Of a DNA stretch of 64,000 nucleotides, positions 1 through 10,625 are shown in pieces; the stretch's first letter is position 1; each line of letters opens with the position of its first letter. The notes beneath the pieces were generated by a model, which did no database searches, was not told the DNA's origin, and saw only the letters and a program-made list of their open reading frames with translations. Source of the DNA: Mobula hypostoma (lineage: Eukaryota); NCBI RefSeq assembly GCF_963921235.1, contig NC_086097.1:193318001-193382000 (forward strand), in the 5' to 3' direction. A program made the position numbers and the translations under genes.

Positions 1-565
1 GACAATTCTACTTGGTCACTCAACACCATTTCTTTAGTGAAGTACAGCAGCATCTCCTTCCTAAGGAGACAGGGGCAAATGAGCCCCTCACACCCATTCT
101 CACCAATTTTTACAGGAGCATCACTGTCTGGTGTGGGAATCCCAAAGCATCTGACCGCAAGACCCCACAAAGGGTCAAGAGCACTCTAAGGTGATCACTG
201 GGCCCTCTCTTCTACCCATCTGAGATATAATTATCATTAGTACTGCGTACATGGGACTCTTAACATCGCCATTGATGCCTTTCATCTGCCCAAATATCTC
301 AACACACTACCATCAGGGCTGGAAGGATCGGAGCATTTGGACAAGTACCGTTAGAATGGGATTCCGCTTCTCCCCCCCCTCCCCCACCACACCCCCCAGC
401 CATGAACTCCCTGCCACCAGCCAGGTTTCATCAAAAATAAAGCACCTGTAGCATAATACTGTTTACTTTTTAAACTTGTATTATAAATGCATCATATTAT
501 TTGTTAATTTACATATGCTATTATTACTTATGTGTTGTGTGTGAGTTTAACGATAAACTGAAATT
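1..565 (+). mobile_element. Degenerate Rex1/Babar LINE 3' end
   Basis: ILTNFYR...ITVWCGN...DRKTPQRV resembles the Rex/Babar C-terminus seen in better-preserved copies in this window; AT-rich tail follows. Confidence 0.6.
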
Positions 566-1154
566 TACTTGTAATGAAATATGTAAAAAAAACTCAGATG
601 GAAGCCAAGTCAGAAGGATTGCATCTATTTGTCATTGCAGCATCTTACAAAATACTCAGCATTCTTCAAGAAGAAAGTTTGCTTAATTGGTACTGGTTTC
701 AGAAACCACTTATTCCATTAGTGACAGAACAGAACATCAGTGCAGCAGCTTAGCATGTTCAATTCGATCACAGCTCCCAGCCCAGCAACTTCCACGTCTA
801 CATAGCTCAAGTGTTGAAGCATTACAAATTTATAACCAGTGGGTTTCCCCTTCACTGACCAATCTGACATGACCATACACAACCACTGGTGTCAATCAAT
901 GTCCTACAGCTCTTAACAGACATTCTGACCTCAAAATCACCACAATCCTTGGTGCTTCAAAGGCAGCTCACACCAAAGAATCAGCTGGGCAATTAATGCA
1001 AGAACAAGCATGGTTAAAAAAGTAGATGGCACATTTGCTTCATTCAGTCACCCAGTCTTCCTCCCCTGCTACCCAGCCATGATCAGCCTTCACTTAGCTG
1101 TGCAGCTCTGTAAAGCTGAGCCTGTGCATGCCTGGATTCCACAAGTTTCCCATC

Positions 1155-1390
1155 TATTTATTTAGTGACACACAATGCAGAATAGGCCTTTCGAGCACCC
1201 TTGGCCAGCGGTCCCCCAGTGCAATCTGAGCCTAATCACGGGACAATTTACAATGACCTACCAACTGGTAGCACATGAAGTAAACCCATGGGGAGAACGT
1301 ACATACTCCTTACAGACAGTGGTGGGAATTGAACCCGAGTCGCTGGTACTGTAAATCAATGTGTTAACCACTATGCTACCATGGCACCCA
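1155..1390 (-). mobile_element. tRNA-derived SINE (HE1/V-SINE-like)
   Basis: Reverse complement starts GGGTGCCATGGTAGCATAGTGGTTAACAC (A box), then GGTTCAATTCCC (B box), V-domain-like GTACGTTCTCCCC and an (AAAT)n tail. Confidence 0.75.
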
Positions 1391-1394
1391 TAGG

Positions 1395-1715
1395 AGAAGG
1401 TAGCACAATTAGGCCATTCAGCCCATCGGTGTCTACAAGCCCAGTCAAACATGGCTGATTATTTCTCTCTTAACCACATTCTTCTCACACTCACTCATCA
1501 AGAACCTATCAAACTCAGCTTTAAGTATACCCAAATGACTTGGCCTACATGGTCATCTATGGTAATGATTTCTACAGATTCATCACACTCTGGCTGAAAA
1601 AAAATCCTACTGATCTCTATTCAAAAGGTACATCTTTCTATTCTGAGGCCGGTCCTAGACCCTCCAATATTGGAAACATCGTCAACACGCCCACTCTCCC
1701 TAGGCCTATCATATC
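1395..1715 (-). mobile_element. Degenerate CR1 LINE 3' fragment
   Basis: Similar to the 3' end of the young CR1 at 31842-32200 (taggccattc..., cagattc...actctggctgaaaaaaaatcct). Confidence 0.65.
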
Positions 1716-2109
1716 CAGTATAGACCATGGTAAAGCTGGACTTGCACTGAGTACCCAATTGTGGGGTGATACTCCCCTACTCTGAGACAGGAGCATATCA
1801 GCTAAAAGAGATAAGCAATTTAAAAATCCAGGTTGAGAATAAACAAATATTTTTAAGAGTTACACGTACAACTGCAATAATTATTATTCGTATCACTGAA
1901 TTCAAAGTCAGCTTAGACGCATAAACACATCCCCGACTGCATTATTCGTCAGAGACCCAAACCGCAATCCTTCATTAGCCAGCAACTGCAGACATCACCA
2001 ATCTGTAGGATGTCAGTTCCAACACTGAGAAAGGGTCAACAAAAACTAAATATTGCAGTGATCATGACCGATAGCGCTTGCAGCTCGGGTAGTGGTCTGA
2101 TTCACTCAC

Positions 2110-2327
2110 CTGCAGTACAGATAGCTGTGCCTGTCTCGACAGCTGAATTTTCTCTTGTTCAGACGGATACGCCTTATAGCGATGCTCGTATAGCCAATCC
2201 CTCAGAATCCGTACAGACTCCTTAGGCAAGTTTCCCCGTCTCCGCCGCTTCCCTGAGTGAGAGAGATCAAGCGGGACCTCCAGACTCTCATCCTCATCAG
2301 TCTCACTACCGCACACCGGCCCCATTG
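2110..2327 (-). CDS. TGIF1: TGIF1 coding exon 2 (CtBP-binding PLDLS motif and N-terminal part of the TALE homeodomain)
   Basis: Translates (A)[72 protein letters not shown]. Acceptor is ttcttcttcacag (AG at 2329-2328) and donor is CAG|GTGAGT at 2110/2109, the phase-0 position before VCNWF seen in vertebrate TGIF1. The PLDLS motif favours TGIF1 over TGIF2. Confidence 0.95.
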
Positions 2328-2552
2328 CTGTGAAGAAGAAGTTTTAAAATGGCATGCTGGCATGAGCGGAGAAACCAAGATCAATAAAAACCCGCCTTGT
2401 AGCAGTGCCCCAGCACGTATACCCTTAACACATTCACCGGCCCCATTGCTGTAAAGAAGTTTTAAAATGGCATGCTGGCATGAGCGGAGAAACCAAGATC
2501 AATAAAAACCCGCCTTGCAGCAGTGCCCCAGCACGTATACCCTTAACACATT
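2314..2552. repeat. Two-copy tandem duplication (121 and 118 bp) spanning the TGIF1 exon 2 acceptor
   Basis: caccggccccattgctgt...cccttaacacatt occurs at 2314-2434 and 2435-2552, differing by a 3-nt indel and about 2 substitutions. Confidence 0.95.
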
Positions 2553-4388
2553 CAGTGCCTCCTGTCATTTATATGCCTAGACTTAAAGGGGGTGGAAGCG
2601 AAGTGGGTAAAGGAAGGAATCAGATCCGGCAATTAAATGGCCTGCTTTATTTGTACTTTTAGACACTTCATGCGGATGTTCACCAAATATTACTGACTTA
2701 GCGTTCTACTCGGGGCCTTGGCAGTGTTTGAGTTGAGAAAATACAAATTTTCGGAAACAAACACAAATTATGTAATTAACTGGAGGTGTCATCTGGAGAC
2801 TACAACATGCTCGAGATGTTTACAGCCCAAGAGACGGGAGGAATGGTTAAATAAACCACGAGCTGGCCCTCTGTCCTCAAACTACCCCGTGAACCTCAGA
2901 GATTTTTCAATCCAATCAAGGAACAAATCCTCTGAAGCTCGGCCCCCGTTCAGGGAAACCTCTGGTTGGCTGAGTTTGAATTGAACCCGATCGGACTGTC
3001 AGTTTGTAAAGTGATACATGCTCTTTCCCAGCGCCTACAGCAGCCATTATCTGCTTGTTCCAGAACAAAAGAACAGAAATTTTCCAAAATTACTTGTGCT
3101 TCCCCATGCTGACTTAGCACTAAGTCCCGAAGAAACTGGCATCCATGGATAAAGAGTAATCCTTTGGGTAGTTGGTGTTCCATTTTACGCAGTCTACCTA
3201 ATCAGTTTTGAGAATCAAAATAAAACTGTGGCCTCTTCAAACACGTGTTGCTAACTTATGTTACACGAATTCGAATCCCAATCCCATCCTGACTTAAAAA
3301 CTACCCTCGTAAGTCAGAGAGTACTGTAGCAGTAAACTATTAAAAAACAAATAGTTTAAAATGTTTTCGACACAGAAAAAGAAACCAACTTTCAGCATTC
3401 TTTGTTTAAAAAGTGTTTTACCCCGTTACTTAAAATTATAAGTTTGCTTACAAAATACCATTGAAACAGACAAAGATACTGCATACTGGGACCTGTCACA
3501 AACATTCTTTTACTTGGCTATAGTTCAAGACGGGGCGGGGGAGGGCTTAAAAACTTTACATTCCAACAAATTCCTGAAGAAAATAATTTTTAAAAGTTCC
3601 AGAAACTAACACATAAAACTACCGCAATGTGTCCGATCCCACACAACTCAACATACTTAACAAAATGCTGACAGAATTTGTCGGGGTCTCGTCCTTTGAA
3701 ATCCGAAGTACTTACTTTAAATGAGTGAATGCACGATAAAACAAAAGTACGTTATACACGGTTGAGCGTTTAATAAGTGGAGGCTTTGTAGACTAACAGA
3801 AAATAACCGTCCTTGTAAATCATTTTCCAGATACCGCCCACGTACAATAGAGATTTTTTAGAAAGTTGTTTCTATGTTGGCCTTCGACTCATTTCGGAAA
3901 AAGAAATGCATCATTGAATGCTGCGTTAGGTCACTCTGTCTTTCCAATCGATAGGAAATCCCCCTAACCAGCAACACTCAAAGCCCCTGGGATCCATTGC
4001 ATGTATAAACTTCGCTTTTAAACAGAGTAACACAGAGAAGGGAAAACACGATGAATCAGTAGGGTTTAAACATCGTCATATGAAACTTTTCATTTATGGT
4101 TCAAGCTTAGTCACAGGAAAAAGTTTTTTTTTCCACGAGCTGAAACCCCAAACAAAGCATCTCAGCACCTTCTCCTTCCAAACTGCATTATTTCCTAATT
4201 CTCAGTCGGCAACTGATCGATTATACCGCCCCTCATCCATACCTCCACTTCCAAGAATAAGATGATTAAAATGTTGAATTAAATAACAAAAAAAAAGCTT
4301 GGATAGACGGCGGAGTAGCTCAAGACGGAAATGAACAGGACTTGACAACGTGCCAGCAGCGTGGACAAGTAACGCAGCTTTCACCTAC

Positions 4389-4404
4389 CTTTCTTAGCTT
4401 TCAT
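4389..4404 (-). CDS. TGIF1: TGIF1 first coding exon, coding part (MKAKK plus 1 nt)
   Basis: Minus strand reads aacagg ATG AAA GCT AAG AAA G|GTAGGT, matching the human TGIF1 start MKGKK. The phase-1 junction joins exon 2 in frame (G|CA = Ala). Confidence 0.9.
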
Positions 4405-4599
4405 CCTGTTCCACAAATGTGTCTCCAGGCAAACTGGGACGTGGGGAGGAGGAAACAGCCAATAAATCAAACAATCTTTTCCAACAAGTTTCCAAGTTTA
4501 AAAACTAGGGAGCGAAGCAGGGAAAATATCAATTTATTTTTACTATTGGGAAAACCCAACTTCTTGTGAGTATCGACGTACACAAACGGTGGGTACTCC

Positions 4600-5400
4600 T
4601 GCTCGCTCTACCCCAGCGTGTTGCTCGCTGGATGAGTTAAACAAAAGGTAAACACATCGCTACTACCTGGCGCTCGGAAGTACTCGGCTCCGCTCGGCTC
4701 GGCTCGCCTCGCCGTACTGACTGCCTCCACAGGAGCTGACAGCTCTCTCCTGACAGCTGTTGCCTCGGCTCAGGGCCCGCCCCCAAACGAAGGCCGTGGC
4801 GGCGCAAGAGAGAGCAAAATCTCCTCACTGACATCAGCACAACCCCATTCAAAAAAATGTTCCTATTTGCATACGGTGTTGCAATCCAATCCAGACTTGT
4901 TTTTAGTACTTTTTGAAAAAGTGTTGTGTTCTTGATAGGCAAAAATTAACACTGGGAGGGGACGCTGGACCTCTTTTTGTAGTTAGTTACAAGTAAATCA
5001 AACGAAACTGTTTATAATTAAAGTGGTTGTAGTTTCTTTGTGCTTCGCTGGTTAATATCCGGCGAAAGCAGTGTAGCGAGACACTTAGATGACGGTTGGC
5101 CAAACTCCCCCGTGGAGCAAGGAAAATATTTTTTAAAGTTTTATTTGAAGTGGATGGGATTAAATATTAAACTTGGCAGCGCCGCCGATGCTCCTTGATA
5201 AAAGAACGCCTATTGTTTTTTTTAAGTTTATGCAACGCTTGTTCGCTCCACTTCCGCACTTGCCTGCTCTTTTGTTTCCACATGTTGCATTGGCTCGAGA
5301 CTGTGCTTTGTGGTCATTGATCCACGAGTTAATCAAAACGGTTTCCAAATTTTTTAAGCTGATACGTTTGGCCGATCATTAAAGTAAAACAGCGGATGTA
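4600..5400 (-). promoter_or_regulatory. TGIF1: CpG-enriched TGIF1 promoter / 5' region
   Basis: Locally CpG-rich and free of repeats. Contains a GC box CCCGCCCCC (4776-4784), CCAAT (4886-4890), octamer ATTTGCAT (4865-4872), two CTGACAGCT sites (4737-4758) and a possible non-coding-exon donor CAG|GTAGTA near 4666. Confidence 0.55.
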
Positions 5401-6919
5401 ATTTCTCAAATATTGCCATAATTTTCAGAGTAAAAGGATTTTAGAAATGTGCTAATGAGCCATTGCTGCTCGATGTTTAGAACCGCTGCTCAGTCATCTT
5501 CACCACATGGAAGAGGTGAATCTGTCTGTTTGCTATTAAAATATCACCGTGTCCATTTCTTCAGCAACAGGATCTGGTGTGTTTTTAAACTAAGGAACTA
5601 TTTTATTCCTTTTAATCAAAAGCAAGTTAAAAGCAAGGGTTTTCCCGGGCCCTTTCCAAAATGATTTTTTTTCCAATTTCAAGATGAGACTTTGTGAAAC
5701 TGCACCCCAAAAATTGTTCAAATCGGATGAGAGAGACAAAGATTAGTTTTTAAAACGCTATATGCTAACATTAACGGTTATTGCCAAGCAGCGGCTTGAT
5801 GCGAACAAAAACTGATTTGCATTTACCAGTCATTTGTGACTGAATAGTTCCTGGATTGTTCCTCGTTATCTTGCCCCATTCAAGACCGGTTGTAAGAGTT
5901 GAGAATGCTCACAAAGAAGCCGACAGTGGGGTGCTTGATCCTATTGTTCTCTGAAAATTAGGTTGTTTTCAACAATTGTCACACCTTCATCAGTAGTTCT
6001 CAGACAGCATGAGACTGTTAACACATTACTGTTATTCGAATTGCATCACCGAGGTGTCGCGTCCTTAAACATTCCATGGCAAACGGTTAAAGTTTCAGTG
6101 CATTCAGTAGAGATAGTTAACAGGCGGCATGGCGTAATGACAGCGAGGCATATATTAAATATAACCCAGAAATACCCAGATTTAAATTAGATTATTTTGA
6201 TCAGGATGTTTAAAATTAGTTCATGCGTCTAAGTGAGTACGCATATTCAACAATAAAAAGGCTGCTATAGATCTTCACAAACTGTGTTTTGCTCAATATT
6301 TCAAACTATAGTACTTATGCTACAGATCTTGTCCCTAATCGGACAGGAATAAGGAACTAAAGCAGCAGGAACGTAAATGCTCCAATCGGTTCCTTATAAC
6401 TGCTTCTCCATTTGATTGGACAATAGCTGCGTAAAAGCTTGGCAACACCACTTTCTCACTCTGTCCCTATAACCCTTGATTATCTTTCAGTTGACAAACT
6501 GCTGCAAATCTCTGTTTTATTTAATGACGTCACCCATATGCCTCCAGGACAGAAAACTCCAGAGTTTTAACTCAAAAAGAAGTTCTTCCTCATTTCTGTA
6601 TTGTTCTGAAACCATGCCAATTAGTTCTAGCTACCTCTGCTTGCAGAATAATCCCTTCAGCATGTCATCAGTCACCCTCAGTTTATTATATAGTCAGCAG
6701 ATGGGAAAATGTGGGATTATCCTTCTGGAATGTATAATGTCACATTTCCCCCAGTTATCTTCTATTTGCCTATTTCTTGCCCAATCAGTTGACCTATCTA
6801 TGGACATTTGGCAAAGTGATGACAATCAACGTAAACTGCAATAGCTTGTCTGGTGTAATTTACAGAAATCAGTTTATTCATTTATGTCCCATTAGAGTAC
6901 AAATATGATTTCAAACAGA

Positions 6920-7376
6920 GCTTCACACACAAAAAATGCTGGTGAACACAGCAGGCCAGGCAGCATCTCTAGGAAGAGGTACAGTCAATGTTTCGGTCCG
7001 AGACCCTTCATCAGGACTAACTGAAAGAAGAGATAGTAAGAGATTTGAAAGTGGGAGGGGGAGGGGGAGATCTGAAATGATAGGAGAAGACAGGAGGGGG
7101 AGGGATGGAGCTAAGAGCCGGAAAGTTGATTGGCAAAAGGGTATTATTAGACATATCAGAATGGGAATGGGACGTGGAATTAAAATGTGTGGCCGCTGGG
7201 ACCATGTCTATCCACGGCCTCCCCTACTGTAAAGATGAAGCCACACTCAGGTTGGAGGAACAACGCCTTATATTCTGTCTGGGTAGCCTCCAACCTGATG
7301 GCATGAACATTGACTTCTCTAACTTCCGTTAATGCCCCACCTCCCCTTTGTACCCCATCCCTAATTTATTTATTTA

Positions 7377-7432
<56 letters not shown>

Positions 7433-7814
7433 CCCCCCTTTTTTTCCCTCTCTCTTTTTTCTCCCTTTGTCCTTGCCCATCCTCTGGGTTCCCCTCCCCC
7501 TTTCTTTCTCCCTAGGCCTCCCATCCTATGATCCTCTCCCTTCTCCAGCCTCGTATCCTTTTTGCCAATCAACTTTCCAGCTCTTAGCTCCATCCCTCCC
7601 CCTCCTGTCTTCTCCTATCATTTTGGATCTCCCCCTCCCCCTCCCACTTCAAATCTCTTACTATCTCTTCTTTCAGTTAGTCCTGACGAAGGGTCTTGGC
7701 CCAAAACATTGACTGTACCTCTTCCTATAGGTGCTGCCTGGCCTGCTGCGTTCACCAGCATTTTTGTGTGTGTTGCTTGAAATTCCAGCATCTGCAGATT
7801 TCCTCGTGTTTGCG
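6920..7814. mobile_element. Penelope-like fold-back insertion (inverted 3' end plus sense 3' end)
   Basis: Both arms match the 3' region of the Penelope at 40100-40669. Flanked by 11-bp TSD tttcaaacaga (6909-6919 and 7815-7825). Internal (CT)n tract. Confidence 0.85.
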
Positions 7815-8159
7815 TTTCAAACAGAACCTGATATGCACATAAGTCCAAAGGAACCCAATGAAAGAAATACAGTGTAAGATATACTGCACTTAACTGTGAA
7901 TTTACAAATGCTGTACGTTAATATCTGAATTATGAGTTTGTTGAATGGGCGATAAACAAAATTGACAGTCACCTTCCACTATGGTTTTTAATGAGTAGAA
8001 GGAAAACAATGAATCTTACCATTTGTGATGTCCCAGAATATTAGTACACAATATTAGTCATTGTCTACTAATGTTCTGGGAGTTCCATCCTAATTTGGAA
8101 CCTTTACCCTTCATATATACCACCTCTTTCAATGTGCCTTTGGTTGATTGAAGAAAAGT

Positions 8160-8600
8160 TTTTCCTCAACTCTGTTCTAAATTGTCTACCCCTTATTCTT
8201 AAACTGTGGCCTCTGGTTCTGGACTCCCCCAACATCGGGAACATGTTTCCTGCCTCTAGCGTGTCCAATCCCTTAATAATCTTACATGTTTCAATCAGAT
8301 CCCCTCTCATCCTTCTAAATTCCAGTGTATACAACCCCAGTCGCTCCAATCTTTCAACATATGACAGTCCCTCTTAAAATATACTTTTCTTCAATCAACC
8401 ACCATTAAGTATACCCAATGACTTGGACTCTACAGCTATCTGCAATAAGTTTCACAGATTCAAAACCCACTGGCTAAAGAAATTCCTCCTCATATCTGTT
8501 TTAAAGAGACATCCTTCTATTCTGAGACTGCCCTTTGATCCTAGATTCCCCACAATTGGAAACTTCCTCTCCATATCCAGCTTTCTAGGCCTTTCAATAT
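8160..8600 (-). mobile_element. Two CR1 LINE 3' fragments
   Basis: ERLGLYTLEFRRMRGDLIET...SRTRGHSLRI and RRNFFSQWVLNL, the CR1 ORF2 C-terminus. Confidence 0.8.
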
Positions 8601-8608
8601 ATGATAGA

Positions 8609-9615
8609 CAACATACATCAAAGTTGCTGGTGAACGCAGCAGGCCAAGCAGCATCTATAGGAAAAGGTGCAGTCGACGTTTCAGGCCGAGACCCTTCGTC
8701 AGGACTAACTGAAGGAAGAGTGAGTAAGGGATTTGAAAGCTGGAGGGGGAGGGGGAGATGCAAAATGATAGGAGAAGATAGGAGGGGGAGGGATAGAGCC
8801 GAGAGCTGGACAGGTGCTAGGCAGAAGGGGATACGAGAGGATCATGGGACAGGAGGTCCGGGAAGAAAGACAAGGGGGGGGGGTGACCCAGAGGATGGGC
8901 AAGAGGTATATTCAGAGGGACAGAGGGAGAAAAAGGAGAGTGAGAGAAAGAATGTGTGCATAAAAATGAGTAACAGATGGGGTACGAGGGGGAGGTGGGG
9001 CCTAGCGGAAGTTAGAGAAGTCAATGTTCATGCCATCAGGTTGGAGGCTACCCATACGGAATATAAGGTGTTGTTCCTCCAACCTGAGTGTAGCCACACT
9101 CAGGTTGGAGGAACAACACCTTATATTCCGTATGGGTAGCCTCCAACCTGATGGCATGAACATTGACTTCTCTAACTTCCGCTAAGGCCCCACCTCCCCC
9201 TCGTACCCCATCTGTTACTCATTTTTATGCACACATTCTTTCTCTCACTCTCCTTTTTCTCCCTCTGTCCCTCTGAATATACCTCTTGCCCATCCTCTGG
9301 GTCACTCCCCCCCCTTGTCTTTCTTCCCGGACCTCCTGTCCCATGATCCTGTCGTATCCTCTTTTGCCTATCACCTGTCCAGCTCTCGGCTCTATCCCTC
9401 CCCCTCCTGTCTTCTCCTATCATTTTGCATCTCCCCTTCCCCCTCCAGCTTTCAAATCCCTTACTCACTCTTCCTTCAGTTAGTCCTGACAAAGGGTCTC
9501 GGCCTGAAACGTCGACTGCGCCTCTTCCTATAGATGCTGCTTGGCCTGCTGCGTTCACCAGCAACTTTGATGTGTGTTGCTTGAATTTCCAGCATCTGCA
9601 GAATTCCTGTTGTTT
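8609..9615. mobile_element. Penelope-like 3' ends forming a ~970 bp near-perfect palindrome
   Basis: 8609-9091 is the reverse complement of 9096-9579, with centre GAGTGT-agcc-ACACTC. Confidence 0.9.
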
Positions 9616-10625
9616 GGAGTATTGAGTGTAGTTTTTGTCACCTACCTACAGGAAAGATGTAAAAAAGATTGAAAGAGTACAGAGAAAATCTACAAGGATG
9701 TTGCAAGGACTGGAGAACCTGGAATGATTGAATAGATTGGAACTTAATTACTTGGAACATAGAAGATTGAGGGGAGATTTGTTAGAGGTATACAAAATTA
9801 TAAGGAGTATAGATTAGGTAAATGCAAGCAGGCTTTTTCTGCTGATGTTGGGTGGGACTATATGGTTAACATATGAGGAACGTTTGTCTGCTCTTGGACT
9901 GTATTCCTTGGGGTTTAGAAGAATGAGGGGAGACCTCATAGAAACATTTCAAATGTTAAAAGGCATGGACAGAGTGCATGTGGCAAAGTTGTTTCCCATG
10001 ATGGGGGAGCCTAGTATGAAAGGGCATGATTTAAGGATTAAAGGGTGCCCATTCAGAACAGAAATGCGAAGAAATTTTTTAGTCAGAGGGTGGTGAATCT
10101 ATGGAATTTGTTGCCACGGGCAGCAGTGGAGGCCAAGTCATTGGGTGTATTTAAGGCAGAGATTGATAGGTATCTGAGTAGCCAGAGCATCAAAGGTTAT
10201 GGTGAGAAGGCGGGGAAGTGGGACTAAATAGGAGAACGGATCAGCTCATGATAACATGGCGGAGCAGACTCAATGGGCTGAATGGCCTACTTCTGCTCCT
10301 TTGTCTTATGGTCTTATGGTCTTATGGACTACAACTGGAGGTCATGGATTAAGGATGAAAGGTGAAATGTTTAAGGGGAACATGAGGGGAAAACATCTTC
10401 ACTTAGAGGGTTGTGAGAGTGTGGAACATGCTGCCAGCACAAGTGGTGCATGCAAGCTTGGTCTCAATATTTAAGAGAAGTTCGGATAGGTGCATGGATG
10501 GGAGGGGTATGGAGGGGTTCAGGTGCAAGCTGATGTGAGTAAGCAGTTTAAATGATTTGGCATGGACAAGATGGGCCGAAGGGCCTGTTTCTGTGCTGTA
10601 CTTTTCTATGACTCTATGACTCTAA
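9616..10625 (+). mobile_element. CR1 3' fragment with a second CR1 3' end nested inside (9861-10325)
   Basis: YEERLSALGLYSLGFRRMRGDLIETF. Tails (tcttatgg)n and (ctatgact)n. ggacta is duplicated at 9855-9860 and 10326-10331. Confidence 0.8.

Noticed and set aside
1315..1390. tRNA gene
   Set aside because: The A and B boxes run straight into a SINE core and tail, and no full cloverleaf is present.
1..2109. TGIF1 final exon (VCNWFINARRR...)
   Set aside because: Not found on the minus strand in this stretch; it must lie beyond position 1.
2062..2325. Single-exon TGIF retrocopy, as the ORF track suggests
   Set aside because: Canonical splice sites at conserved positions and a separate upstream MKAKK exon show an intron-containing gene.
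8423..9139. Recurrent 'LVNAAGQAASIGRG' ORFs (also near 6936, 9172, 25459, 28923 and 40296) as a novel protein family
   Set aside because: These are antisense translations of the non-coding Penelope 3' pLTR; recurrence reflects repeat copy number.
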